Source of the DNA: Alphaproteobacteria bacterium
Lineage (GTDB): Bacteria; Pseudomonadota; Alphaproteobacteria; Bin95
Length of the DNA stretch: 64,000 bases
Direction of reading: 5' to 3'
Assembly (NCBI GenBank): GCA_963665325.3
Contig: OZ224045.1
Coordinates: forward strand, 2,048,001 to 2,112,000
Part shown: positions 34,542 through 44,608 of the stretch, piece after piece
How positions within the stretch are numbered: position 1 is the stretch's first letter
How the letters are laid out: the number at the start of each line of letters is the position of its first letter
The notes under the pieces: model-generated
What the model saw: only the letters and a program-made list of their open reading frames with translations
Told to the model about the DNA's origin: nothing
The model's database searches: none
Translations under genes and position numbers: made by a program

Positions 34542-37500
34542 TCAGGCGCTCATGGAGCGGCCTTCTTCCATGCTCTCCTGCCGGGCCTGCTGCAGGGCTG
34601 CCGGCAGTTGGGGAACGATCGGAAGCTGGAAGCGCTCGTCGCGCAGGAGGGCGACGGCGACTTCGGTTGACTCGGCCGAGGCGCCGGCGCGTTCGAGGTG
34701 CGGCGCGAGCTTGGGGTCGTTGCGCATGGTCTCGCAGCGCGAGACGATCGCATCGGCGCTGTCCCGCCACTCCTTGAAGTTGGGAGCTTCGTGAACGGGC
34801 CGCTCGGTCTTCGCGGCCCACTGCTGGAAGCCGAGGACCTGGGTGCAGGCTTCGGAGAGATCGCGGGCCGCGGCGCCGGCTTCCGCCTGGCGTTGGCTCG
34901 ATGCCTGGAGCCGGCCGTCCAGTTTCTGGAGGTCCTTCACCTGGTCGGGTTGCGAGACGAGCTCGCCGGCGACTTGCCGGACGGTCTGGCGGAGCTCGTC
35001 GAAGTGAGGCGAGTAGGCGACGAGGTTCGGGTCCCGGTCGACGAAGGCGAGCGCGTGCTCGTAGAGATTGTTGACGCGCTCCATGTGCCTGTTGCCGGTC
35101 TCGAGGGCGGGATGGAACAGCGACGGCAGGTCGGGATTGGAGAGGCGCTCGATTTCGGCCTTCATGCCGTCCTCGCCGAGCCGGGGCAAATGATCCTTGA
35201 GCTCGGGGTTTCGGGCTGCGTTGTTCCACTGGGCAACGGTCGCATCGCGGTCTCTCAGCCAGGCGATGAAGCCCGGGGCGAGCTCGATCGGGCGTCCGGG
35301 CTCGGCCGCCACCCACTCCTTCAGGCCGTCCAGCCGATCCGTGAGGCCTTCTATGCGGCCCTGGAGGGTCTGGACGGTATCCCGGCGTTCTGCCTCGGTA
35401 TCGAGGTCGTCCCGGAGTTTGTGAAGACGGGGCGCGTGCTGTTTCGGGTGGTTCCCGGTCGCTATGGCGGTGGTGACCAGGCCGCGGAACTCATCGAAGC
35501 CTTCCTGGTAGGGGAGAAGGTGGGCCCGGTTGCCGGCGGCCTGGAAGATGGTCGTGTGGTCGGCCTTGATCTTCTCCCAGGTGCCGTCCGGATCGGGCTG
35601 GAGAACCGGCGTGGGCAGGTTTGCCATTTCGGCAGCGGGGTCGACGTGCCAGGTCGATCTTCCGGCGCGCTGGATCATGTCCTCGAGGATTGCGCCCCTG
35701 GCGCCGAAGGCGACGAGGCCCTGGATCGACAGTTTCTCGAAGATCTTCTCGTTCCGCATGATCGGGGCCTTGCCCTGGGTATGCGGGCCCCATTCCGGCT
35801 GCGCGGCGATCTGGGGGACGTCGTTACGCTCGGCCCATTCGGCGAAGAGCTTGTCGTAGCCCTTGTCGTTTCCGCCATGGACCAGGACCGTGTCGGGATA
35901 TTTGGCGAGCACGCTGTCGAGATAGCGGTCGACAACGGGGCGGTGCGGCTCTTCCTGCTCGGGGGCCAAGGCGCCGCCGGCGGCGACGACATACTGGCCG
36001 TGGCGGTAGATGGCTTCGTGCCGGTGCTGTTCGACCTGCTTCAGGAGGTTCTCGGCCTCGAGTGTCGCGAGCGTGTGGGTATGGTCGAGCCTGGCGTATC
36101 CGTCCGGGTTCCAGGGCTGCCGGGCTTCGCGCTGGTAGACTTTCCCGGCCTGGAGGAAGAGTTGGTTGAAGACGTCGCGGCGCATATCGTAGTTGCGGGA
36201 GAGTGCGTCCCTGGTCTCTTGAGCCAGGTCGGTATCGCGCGCAGTATCCCTGGCTTCGCCGTTGAGGCGTCCCAGCTGCTTCTTGAAAACATTGACGACG
36301 CCCCAGAGCAGTTGCTCGCGTTCGTCGTTGAGCTGGTAGCCGTCGGCGGTAACGCGTTCGGCCAGAAGGTTGATGGCGAAGGCCAGGGTTTCCCGGGGCG
36401 TTTCGATCCTGTCGGGGTGCTCGGGGTCTGCGGCGCCAGCGGCGGTTGCGGCGCGGCCGGTGCGGCGCTCGCTGCGCGCGGGATCGGTGTCGCCTGCGTC
36501 CAGCTCCGGACGGAATTCGTTGTGGTCGAGCGTGTAGCCGGGCATGAGGCGGCCGCGGGTGGCATGGAGCTGGGCGGCGCTCTCGATCTCCGCGATGGGG
36601 ACGCGGGCGGCCCTGGCCTTGGCGACGAGGTCGCCCGGCACGCCGGTCCGGGCGCCGGGGAAGACGACGAGGCCGTTGATGGCGACTCCTTCCTCCTTCC
36701 GGCCCTTCTCGTCCATGTGGTGAACGATGCGGGTGTTTCGGGCCCTGAGTTCGGCCTGTAAGTCCGGGGCATCGAAGTCGGGCTTCACGGCCTGGAGCGG
36801 CACGTTGTACTGGGTCGCCCATTCGGCTGCATGGCGGTCGGCGCCGGTCTTGTTGCCTCCCGTAACGACGACGAGGTCGGGGTGATCCTTCAGCAGCCGG
36901 GAGAGGGTTCCCCAGACGAGAGCGTGCCCGGGGCGCTGTCCGGAGACGACGGCTATGCGGGTGCCTTCGGCGCGTTCGAGCCAGGTGCGGGCCTTGAGGT
37001 GGTCGGTGAGCGATACCTTGGGCGCGCGGGCCGGCTCGGTAAGGGAGAAGGTGGACTTGTTGGATTCGCGCGCGCGCCAGGCGCTGTCGGTCAGCGTCTC
37101 GTAGGCGATGGATGCGGTATTGGTGAGGCGGTCGAAGGCGAGCGCGCGGTCGTAAAGGTTCCGGGCCTCGTCAGTCTTCTGTGTGAGTTCGTTGTCGCGG
37201 ACTTCGGATCCGTCCTGGGAATGGATGAGCTCGCGGATTGTATGGGCCATGCCTTCGATGCGCTTGTGCAGGCGTTCCGACTGGGCGTTGAGGACGTAGA
37301 CGAAGCCCCAGAGGATCTGGTCGCGATCCTCGGCGAGCGGCGAGCCGTCGGGCGCGAGCCTGGTCGCGATGATGTTCATGACCTCTTCGACGGCGGTGTG
37401 TGCGTCGTCCGGGTCGTAGACGGCCCGGGTGTCGGGCTCGCCGCGGGCGGGCCCGAGGCCGAAGATGCGGGCCTGGTTCATCCAGTCGCCGACGTCGGAG

Positions 37501-37658
37501 CCGAGGGCGCGGTCGGTCGGGTCGGTCCGGTCGGGATCGTCCTGGTCGTAGGGGTCGGGTTCGTCGACGTCCGGCCCCGCTCCTACCGGCCCGAATTGTT
37601 CGAATTCGTCGGGATCTTCGATTTGGAAGGGATCGGTATCAATGTTGGGATTATCCAT
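34542..37658 (-). CDS. Tandem DUF2493 (YspA-like SLOG) protein + two helical repeats + SMSA tail
   Basis: Two units of [EDRDQILWGFV helical region + HPDLVVVTGGNKTGADRHAAEWA / YPDTVLVHGGNDKGYDKLFAEWA]; ends EEGRSMSA. Confidence 0.88.
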   Translation of the reverse strand: MDNPNIDTDPFQIEDPDEFEQFGPVGAGPDVDEPDPYDQDDPDRTDPTDRALGSDVGDWMNQARIFGLGPARGEPDTRAVYDPDDAHTAVEEVMNIIATRLAPDGSPLAEDRDQILWGFVYVLNAQSERLHKRIEGMAHTIRELIHSQDGSEVRDNELTQKTDEARNLYDRALAFDRLTNTASIAYETLTDSAWRARESNKSTFSLTEPARAPKVSLTDHLKARTWLERAEGTRIAVVSGQRPGHALVWGTLSRLLKDHPDLVVVTGGNKTGADRHAAEWATQYNVPLQAVKPDFDAPDLQAELRARNTRIVHHMDEKGRKEEGVAINGLVVFPGARTGVPGDLVAKARAARVPIAEIESAAQLHATRGRLMPGYTLDHNEFRPELDAGDTDPARSERRTGRAATAAGAADPEHPDRIETPRETLAFAINLLAERVTADGYQLNDEREQLLWGVVNVFKKQLGRLNGEARDTARDTDLAQETRDALSRNYDMRRDVFNQLFLQAGKVYQREARQPWNPDGYARLDHTHTLATLEAENLLKQVEQHRHEAIYRHGQYVVAAGGALAPEQEEPHRPVVDRYLDSVLAKYPDTVLVHGGNDKGYDKLFAEWAERNDVPQIAAQPEWGPHTQGKAPIMRNEKIFEKLSIQGLVAFGARGAILEDMIQRAGRSTWHVDPAAEMANLPTPVLQPDPDGTWEKIKADHTTIFQAAGNRAHLLPYQEGFDEFRGLVTTAIATGNHPKQHAPRLHKLRDDLDTEAERRDTVQTLQGRIEGLTDRLDGLKEWVAAEPGRPIELAPGFIAWLRDRDATVAQWNNAARNPELKDHLPRLGEDGMKAEIERLSNPDLPSLFHPALETGNRHMERVNNLYEHALAFVDRDPNLVAYSPHFDELRQTVRQVAGELVSQPDQVKDLQKLDGRLQASSQRQAEAGAAARDLSEACTQVLGFQQWAAKTERPVHEAPNFKEWRDSADAIVSRCETMRNDPKLAPHLERAGASAESTEVAVALLRDERFQLPIVPQLPAALQQARQESMEEGRSMSA

Positions 37659-37815
37659 AGTTCGATCTCCCTGGGGCCGTTCGTATCAATTATAGGAGTC
37701 GAGTAGAGCGAAGCTGTCAAGAATCGATGAAATTGTGTTGACGGAATAATTAGTTTCGGGGCTTAGTGATTGTACCGACTTAGATACGGGGAGACGTGGA
37801 ATGGTTGGTGAGCAT

Positions 37816-38151
37816 ATGAACGGGGAAGATACCAACTTCGATCTTGGGAAAGTTCAAACGGTCGACGATGTTAAAGATGCCGTCGATTCGATGATCGATG
37901 CAACATTCGGTGTAATGGCGGAAACGGGCGGTGAAGTTGCGAACGAGGACAGGGGTCCGGTGCTGCTGGATATCGTGAACATGTTCGACGAGCGGGTGCT
38001 GGCACTGGAAGGAGCGCAGGGGGAGGTTGCGGAGGGGATCGACAGAGGGGCGCTGGAGGCGAGCCTGCACAGATGGGCGGCTGCGCGGGATCGGGCGGTG
38101 GAGCGGTATGAAGGAGAGACGGGAGTGATCTGGGAGCGCGCAGCAGGGTGA
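37816..38151 (+). CDS. Stand-alone helical domain resembling the N-terminal part of the divergent DUF2493 protein
   Basis: EDRGPVLLDIVNMF...AVERYEGETGVIW vs EDRDQILWGFVYVL...ASIAYETLTDSAW. Confidence 0.6.
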   Translation: MNGEDTNFDLGKVQTVDDVKDAVDSMIDATFGVMAETGGEVANEDRGPVLLDIVNMFDERVLALEGAQGEVAEGIDRGALEASLHRWAAARDRAVERYEGETGVIWERAAG

Positions 38152-38189
38152 ACGGATGGCCGGGTCGCGTTGGGACCCGGTCGAGCTGC

Positions 38190-38230
38190 AAGAAAAAGCC
38201 CCGCGGGCCGTAGAGGCCGGCGGGGCTTCT
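38190..38230. terminator. Terminator hairpin between convergent genes
   Basis: AAGCCCCGC/GCGGGGCTT stem with A-tract. Confidence 0.6.
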
Positions 38231-38251
38231 TGCTGGTGAAGGGGGTGTGGG

Positions 38252-38506
38252 TCAATTGAAGAGCAGCGGCTGGCCTTCCATGGAGGCGGTCATGAGGGCA
38301 GTCCAGATATCGCGGGACATGCCGAGCCTCGCGTTGAGCTTGTCGCACAGCCTTTCGGCGTCTTCGAGGCTGCGGGTCGAAAGGCTGGTGGAGATATAGC
38401 CGGGGTGTCCAAGGAAGACGATCCGGATTTCCTGGGGTTCGTCGGGGAAGTCGTAGGCGGGGCAGAAGGCGTAGGTTGGGTTGGCCTCGATCTGTTGCAG
38501 ACTCAT
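38252..38506 (-). CDS. Hypothetical protein, paralogue of 12703-12975
   Basis: See paralogue alignment. Confidence 0.65.
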   Translation of the reverse strand: MSLQQIEANPTYAFCPAYDFPDEPQEIRIVFLGHPGYISTSLSTRSLEDAERLCDKLNARLGMSRDIWTALMTASMEGQPLLFN

Positions 38507-38850
38507 GGCGCGGGTGCTTTTCGGTCCGGTGATGGGGGGAGGGGCGGCGTCCTTTCGTTGAGCTGGGGTTTCCGGATTGCTGGCCTGGAGGGGGCCGGCG
38601 GGTGAGGAGTGGCGAAAGCCGGTCGCCGGTTTCGTGCGATCGGTCGCGATTTGAGCGCGTTGGTGTAGGTGACGGCCCCAAACTGCACTTATTTGCTGAA
38701 GTCGACGGTTGAGCGCAGCAACCCGATAGCCACGCGGACGGCGGTTGGGAGCGTTCCTCGGCGGAGCGGTGGGTAAGTGTAGTCCGCCGCAGCGACCGGC
38801 GACGAGTTTGGTGCCGGCGGGCTGGCGTCCCGGAGGTCAGTACAGCGAGG

Positions 38851-39195
38851 CTATTCGTCTGCTCCACCCGGTTCGGGCGATGCCCCGGAAGCCTGAAGGT
38901 TACGGGCGATGATGTAGCGCTCGATGAAGTCGAGCTTGCCGAGGATCAGACCCTTGAGTTCGGCCTGTGAAGTCTCAAGGGCGCGAAGACGTTCGTCGAA
39001 GCCGTCCATGCGCTTTTCGAAGCCATCCATGCGCTTTTCCAGGCTGTTGCTGACTTCGCTGATGCGCTTGCCGAGGCTGTCGTTGACCTCGTCGATGCGC
39101 TTGCCGAGGCTGTTGTTCAGGCCGCGTTGGCCTTGAAGCATCAGCCCTGCGAGGGCTACGCCGACAGCGAGGATGGCGATCATCTCGGGGCTCAT
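38851..39195 (-). CDS. TM-anchored coiled-coil repeat protein
   Basis: N-terminal TM; repeats SLGKRIDEVND/SLGKRISEVSN/SLEKRMDGF/EKRMDGF. Confidence 0.7.
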   Translation of the reverse strand: MSPEMIAILAVGVALAGLMLQGQRGLNNSLGKRIDEVNDSLGKRISEVSNSLEKRMDGFEKRMDGFDERLRALETSQAELKGLILGKLDFIERYIIARNLQASGASPEPGGADE

Positions 39196-39384
39196 GAGGG
39201 ATTCCTATCAGGTCAGGGGTTGAAGGTCCACGCGGGGCGTTTCCGGGCGGTCGCAGGCGGGTGTCGCCCGGTTTGGAGGAACGGGGGAAGGTCCTGCCCG
39301 AAATTTCGGCATGTTGCCATCTCCGGCTTTGCTTCACTTCGGGTAGGGCGCTGGCGATGTTTGCGGTCCTGGGTTGCGGTGTCG

Positions 39385-42300
39385 TCAGGCGGCGAGCGGC
39401 CAGCGGGCGAAGATGCGGTCCAGCACGTGCGGCGCCGTTGGGAAGATGCGCGCGCGCCAGTTGATGAGCTCGATGGTGCAGCCGAGCTGGCGGAGCGCTT
39501 CGGTGTCGGTGTCGTCGGGGCCTTCGAGCTCGACGCGGTTGTCGCCCGAGATCGAGCGGCGGGTGAGGCGCCATCCGTTGGACAAGGGGAGGGCGGTGCC
39601 CCGGTTCAGGATCGCGTCGTAGGCCTCTTCGCCCGTGAGCTCGGTGGATCCTTCGAGATTGAAGGCTTTCCTGACCTTGCGCACCTGGTCGGCGTCGAGG
39701 ACCCGGCCGATGAGCTGTTCGCCGTCGTCGGTTGTGAGGCGCCGGACGCGCATGTTGTCGTCGGGGAGCCGGTTCCAGATGGGCAGGAGCAGGCCGGAGG
39801 TGATCCAGAAGCGGGAGTCGGTGTGGCTCGGGAGGCCGGCAAGTTCCCGCTGCCAGTGGGCGCGCCAGGGGGCTTCGTTGGAGAGCGTCCAGTTGGAGGC
39901 CTGGAGATCGGCGTAGGGGATGGTTTCGTGGCTTGCGGGCCTTACCAGGCGGACACGCCGCTGGACGCCCCCGTCGTCGAAGAGGCGGGAGGGAGCGGGA
40001 AGTATGAAGGCCGCGCGCCCTGAGCGGGTATTGATGACGAGGCGGGGCTTGCCGTCGGCGTCTCCGTATCGGCTGGCGGTGTCGATGGCCTCGTCGGCGG
40101 GGAGGGGGACGAGCCGGTTACGCCGGGCGATCTCGACGAGCTCGGTGACAGCGGAGGAGCGGGGATGTTCGAACAGGGTCTCGCGGGCGGTGATGGTGAG
40201 CGAGTCTGCGCGGACGGTCTCGACACCGACCTCGTACGTGCCGGCTTCCCTGGCACGGTCGATATTCTCGTCGATGCGCGTTTCCAGTTCGGTGAAGAGC
40301 TGGTTCTGCTCGTCGATCGGGAGCGCGAGCAGGCGGTTCAGGAACTGCGGCATCGGCGGCAGGTCTTCCTTGAGGGAGCCCTCATGCACGATCTTGAGGC
40401 CGGTCGCTTCCTGGAAGCGCTTGACGGACCATTCCTTGATGATGCCGCGGTGGATTGCGGCGTAGAGAAGGCGGAGCGCGGCCTTGGCGTACGGGCTCTC
40501 CAGGTTGTCGCTCTCGTTGAAGAGCGTCTGGCTGTCGGTGCCCATGGAGGCCTGGGAGTTGCGTTGGCCGCGGGTGATGGCGCCGAGGGAGTCGAGGCGC
40601 CGGGCGATGGTGGCGATGAACCTGCGCTCGCCTTTAACATCGGTGGTGACGGGCCGGAACAGCGGGGCGGAGGCCTGGTGCGTCCGGTGGGTGCGGCCGA
40701 GGCCCTGAATGGCCTGGTCGGCGCGCCAGCCGGGTTCCAGAAGATAGTGGATGCGCCGTTCCGTGTTGGGGCAGCCGAGATCGGCGTGATAGCTCCGGCC
40801 CGTGCCTCCTGCCATGGAGAAGACAAGGATGCGCTTGTCGCCTTGCATGAAGGCTGAGGTCTCGGCGAGGTTGGCGGATGCCGGGCGGCTGCGCAGCGTG
40901 AGGCGTTCTCCGTTGGCGTCGTTGATGCGCAGGACCCGGCGCGACCTGCCGGTGATTTCTGCGACGGCGTCGTGACCGAAATGCTGCACGATCTGGTCGA
41001 GGGCGGAGGCGACGGGCGGCAGAGCGGCGAGTTTGCCGATGAGGGCGTCGCGCCGCGCGATCGCTTCCTGGCAGAGGACGGCGTGACCGTCCTGGTCGAA
41101 GACGGGCCGGGAGTAGAGGTTGCCTTTGTCGTCGGTGAACTCCTGTTGGAGCTGGACCGGGAAGGAGTGGGCGAGGAACTCGATCACGGTTTCGCGCGGG
41201 GTGAGGTCGATAGAGAGATCGTCCCACTCGGAGGCCGGGATTTCGGCAATGCGCCGGTCCATGAGCGCTTCGCCGGTGGAGACGAGCTGGACGACGGCGG
41301 AATGGCCCGCTTCGAGGTCTTCCCGGATCGAGCGGATGAGCGTGGGACACTTCATGCTGGTCAGCAGGTGTCCGAAGAAGCGCTGCTTGGCGCCCTCGAA
41401 GGCGGAGAGTGCGGCGGCCTTGGCGCGGCGGTTGAGGGTGTCGTCGTCCTTGACGATTCCGGTGGCCTTGAGCGCTGCGTCGATATTCGAGTGTATGACT
41501 TTGAAGGCTTCGGCGTAGCTGTCGTAGATGCGCCGCTGCGACGGGGTGAGGGGATGTTCGAGGATGTCGACCTCGACGCCCTGGTAGGAGAGGGCGCGGG
41601 CCTGGTAGAGGCCGAGGGCCTTGAGGTCGCGGGCGACGATTTCCATGGCGGCAACGCCTCCGGCCTCCATGGCGGTGACGAAATCGGTCCGTCGATTGAA
41701 CGGGGAGTCGTCGGTGGACCAGAGGCCGAGCCTGGTCGCGTATGCCAGACCGGGAATGGTTGTGGCTCCGGTTGCGGAGACGTAGAGGATGCGGGCGTCC
41801 GGAAGGGCGTTCTGGAGGCGGAGGCCGGCTCGGCCCTGGAGTGAGCCCTTGGTGTCGCCGTGGTCGGTCCTGGTGCCGGCGGCGTTGGCCATGGCGTGGG
41901 CTTCGTCGAAGACGATGACGCCGTCGAATTCGTGGCAGTGGTGTTCCTGCAGGGAGCCGGCGAGCCATTCGACGATCTGGTCGAGGCGGGAGGGCTTGCC
42001 CTCGCGGGCGGGTGAGCGGAGCGTCGCGTAGGTGGCGAAGAGGATGCCTTCGGGCAGGGCAATCCTTGTTCCCTGGCGGAACTTCGAGATCGGAACGATC
42101 TGGTGCGCGGCGCCTCCGACGGATGTCCAGTCGCGCCTGGCGTCTTCGACGAGCTTGTCGGACTGGGAGAGCCAGAGTGCCTTGCGGCGGCCCTTGATCC
42201 AGTTGTCGAGGATGACGGCGGCGGCCTCGCGGCCCTTGCCCACTCCGGTGCCGTCGCCGAGCATCCAGCCGCGGCGCAGGTGAACCGGGAGCGATAGCGC

Positions 42301-43839
42301 CTCGTTGGAGTTTGCCGGAACGACGGCGCTGTCGTCATCGTCCTCGTAGTCGCTGACGCGGTGGATGGTCTCCCAGCCTTCGCCGATCCTGTAGCGGGCA
42401 GGGAGATGACGGGAATGGGCGGCGCCGGCGAGGACGACGGATTCCAGCTGGGCGTCGGAGAGCAGGGCGTCGGCAAGGATCCGGGTGGGTAGTTCGGGGC
42501 GGTAGTCCGGGCAGGGGTGGCGCACTGCTGCCATGGCGGCGGACTGGACCAGCGGTGTGGGGTGCTCGGCGGCGCCGGTTATGCGGAAGGCGGACGGGCG
42601 CCAGGGATGATAGGCCCCGGCGCCGGCGGAAGGAGCCGGGTCGGAGTCGTTGGCGGCGGCGGTCTCGATTGAGAGCGGTGCGGTGGGGCCCCACTCGTGT
42701 GGCATTGGGGTGAGGTGGGTGCGGCTGCCCGAGGGGGGTGTGATGGGCCGGCCGAAAAGATCGGCGGCAGGTCCCAGGGACTGGAGCGGCAGTGTGGCGG
42801 GCGGCTGCTGGCGGGGTGGAAGGTTGCGGCCGAGGGCGGCGAGGAGGTCGGCAGCGGATGAGGCGCGGTCGGTGGGGTCGAGCCGGGAAGAGGGTTTGTC
42901 GGAACGCTCGATGACCGTGAGACGGGTGTCGACGGTGGTTCCCCGGCGCGCATAGAGGCAGCGGTCGATGAGGGACGTGAAGAGGATGCGCGGGGGCGGG
43001 GTCTGGCCGGCGAAAGCGGCGTTCCAGGCGTCGGATCCGGGAATGCAGTTCGGGGAGGTGATCGCGGAGAGGCGTCCGCCCGGGGCGAGCATGGCGTAGG
43101 CGGAGCGGATATGGCGGAGGTCGGCGCGGCGGCTGGTTCTGCCGACTTCGACGGTTGCGGAGAAGGGCGGGTTCATGGCGATGGCCGTCGGATGGAGGCC
43201 TGGCATGAAGTCGGCGAGAGTCTCGGCGTCGTGGGATGTGATGGAGGCGCCCGGGAAGAGGCTGCCGAGGAGGGCGTGCCGGGTTTCGGCGATCTCGTTG
43301 AGGTGGAGGACGGGCCTGGCGTTTTCGGCGAGGAGCTGGCAGGAGGCTGCGAGGATGCCGGTGCCGGCGGAGGGTTCCAGGACGATGTCGCTGTGCTGGA
43401 CGTCGAGGGCAGTGGCTGCAACATAGGCGAGCGGCAGCGGGGTGGAGAACTGCTGCAGCTGGACCTGGTGCTCGGAGCGTTTCGTGTGGGAGGGCTCGAG
43501 GGCGGAGATGCGTTCGAGCATGGCGAGGACGCGGGCAGGACCTTCTTTGGCGGCGTGATTGACCAGGGCGGGTCCGAAGTGCTGCAGGAAGAGAACGGTC
43601 GCTGCTTCGGCGGCCTCGTAGGCCTCTTTCCAGAGCCAGCTGCCGGAATAGTGTCCGAAGACCTGTTTCATGGTCTTGCGGAGAGCGGGGGCGTCGAGCG
43701 GCCGGCCGGCCGAGAGGATGGGCAACAGGGTCTGGGCGGCGGCGAAGATGGCGGCCGCGCGGTTGCGGGTCTGGCCGGCGCCGGAGCGTGGGAGGGGGAG
43801 GATGGGTGCGCCGGAGATGGCGGCGGGGAGTTCATGCAT
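39385..43839 (-). CDS. Strawberry-notch family methyltransferase-helicase
   Basis: QQFSTP, LEPSAGTG, MNPPFS (N6-MTase); LGDGTGVGKGR, VFDEAH, YVSATGAT, QGLGRTHRTHQ. Confidence 0.95.
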   Translation of the reverse strand: MHELPAAISGAPILPLPRSGAGQTRNRAAAIFAAAQTLLPILSAGRPLDAPALRKTMKQVFGHYSGSWLWKEAYEAAEAATVLFLQHFGPALVNHAAKEGPARVLAMLERISALEPSHTKRSEHQVQLQQFSTPLPLAYVAATALDVQHSDIVLEPSAGTGILAASCQLLAENARPVLHLNEIAETRHALLGSLFPGASITSHDAETLADFMPGLHPTAIAMNPPFSATVEVGRTSRRADLRHIRSAYAMLAPGGRLSAITSPNCIPGSDAWNAAFAGQTPPPRILFTSLIDRCLYARRGTTVDTRLTVIERSDKPSSRLDPTDRASSAADLLAALGRNLPPRQQPPATLPLQSLGPAADLFGRPITPPSGSRTHLTPMPHEWGPTAPLSIETAAANDSDPAPSAGAGAYHPWRPSAFRITGAAEHPTPLVQSAAMAAVRHPCPDYRPELPTRILADALLSDAQLESVVLAGAAHSRHLPARYRIGEGWETIHRVSDYEDDDDSAVVPANSNEALSLPVHLRRGWMLGDGTGVGKGREAAAVILDNWIKGRRKALWLSQSDKLVEDARRDWTSVGGAAHQIVPISKFRQGTRIALPEGILFATYATLRSPAREGKPSRLDQIVEWLAGSLQEHHCHEFDGVIVFDEAHAMANAAGTRTDHGDTKGSLQGRAGLRLQNALPDARILYVSATGATTIPGLAYATRLGLWSTDDSPFNRRTDFVTAMEAGGVAAMEIVARDLKALGLYQARALSYQGVEVDILEHPLTPSQRRIYDSYAEAFKVIHSNIDAALKATGIVKDDDTLNRRAKAAALSAFEGAKQRFFGHLLTSMKCPTLIRSIREDLEAGHSAVVQLVSTGEALMDRRIAEIPASEWDDLSIDLTPRETVIEFLAHSFPVQLQQEFTDDKGNLYSRPVFDQDGHAVLCQEAIARRDALIGKLAALPPVASALDQIVQHFGHDAVAEITGRSRRVLRINDANGERLTLRSRPASANLAETSAFMQGDKRILVFSMAGGTGRSYHADLGCPNTERRIHYLLEPGWRADQAIQGLGRTHRTHQASAPLFRPVTTDVKGERRFIATIARRLDSLGAITRGQRNSQASMGTDSQTLFNESDNLESPYAKAALRLLYAAIHRGIIKEWSVKRFQEATGLKIVHEGSLKEDLPPMPQFLNRLLALPIDEQNQLFTELETRIDENIDRAREAGTYEVGVETVRADSLTITARETLFEHPRSSAVTELVEIARRNRLVPLPADEAIDTASRYGDADGKPRLVINTRSGRAAFILPAPSRLFDDGGVQRRVRLVRPASHETIPYADLQASNWTLSNEAPWRAHWQRELAGLPSHTDSRFWITSGLLLPIWNRLPDDNMRVRRLTTDDGEQLIGRVLDADQVRKVRKAFNLEGSTELTGEEAYDAILNRGTALPLSNGWRLTRRSISGDNRVELEGPDDTDTEALRQLGCTIELINWRARIFPTAPHVLDRIFARWPLAA

Positions 43840-43955
43840 CAGCGGGGTCCCGATCGGTCAATGGCGGCGCCGGGCGTTCTTGCAGCCCGGTGTCATTGGG
43901 TTCGGGAAGAGCCTGCTTTTCTGGTCTCTGGAGTGGGCCGTGATGGCGAAAGGTG

Positions 43956-44282
43956 TCAGAGTGAAATGCGATGAATTCCGGGCTGGGGGTTGGAATGGAG
44001 AAGTTCCGTTGCAGAGGGAATCAGGGGTTGAAGATCGTTGAGTCGGTTGGTCACGGAGACGAGTATGAGGACGGCAATCGGGATGGTGTGGAGGTTTTGC
44101 TGGTATTCAATCCCGCGATCTACGGTGAGGAGGGCGTCAAAGGAGTGGGATGCTGCGCGGCGCAGGAGTTCTCCGTTGGATATCCCTGACCAGCCCATGA
44201 TTTGGGTGGTGAGGATGTCGAACTGAGGCGGGAAGAGAACGGACAGGCGGCGGGGAAGGGATTCGTCAAGCAGCAGCTTCAT
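43956..44282 (-). CDS. DUF5615 PIN-like toxin (VapC45-like)
   Basis: MKLLLDESLP...GWSGISNGELL...LLTVDRG. Confidence 0.88.
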   Translation of the reverse strand: MKLLLDESLPRRLSVLFPPQFDILTTQIMGWSGISNGELLRRAASHSFDALLTVDRGIEYQQNLHTIPIAVLILVSVTNRLNDLQPLIPSATELLHSNPQPGIHRISL

Positions 44283-44490
44283 TGGGAGAGCTTGTCAGGA
44301 TTGTCTTTGCGCGTTCGAGAACTGCGACGGCCTGGTCGCGAGTGACCGTCGGATAGTCGTAGAGAAATTCATGAAGCGGATCGCCCGCTTCCAGATATTC
44401 GATGAGCGTTCGGACGGGGACCCGGGTTCCGGCAAAAACGGGAGTGCCTGCGAGAATTTCAGGGTCGCGGTTGATGAGCGTGTCGGTCAT
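44266..44490 (-). CDS. DUF433 antitoxin (VapB45-like)
   Basis: DPEILAGTPVFAGTRVPV...FLYDYPTV; overlaps the toxin gene. Confidence 0.9.
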   Translation of the reverse strand: MTDTLINRDPEILAGTPVFAGTRVPVRTLIEYLEAGDPLHEFLYDYPTVTRDQAVAVLERAKTILTSSPNEAAA

Positions 44491-44608
44491 GGGAACCTGC
44501 GCGTTTGTGTTGTCAGGAACGAGAGGCAGGCTTGTGCCGGTTCGGGAATCATATCACAGCCGGGGTGAGAGGTGGATGTTGGCTTCGCTGGACTGAAGGT
44601 CGGCGGGG

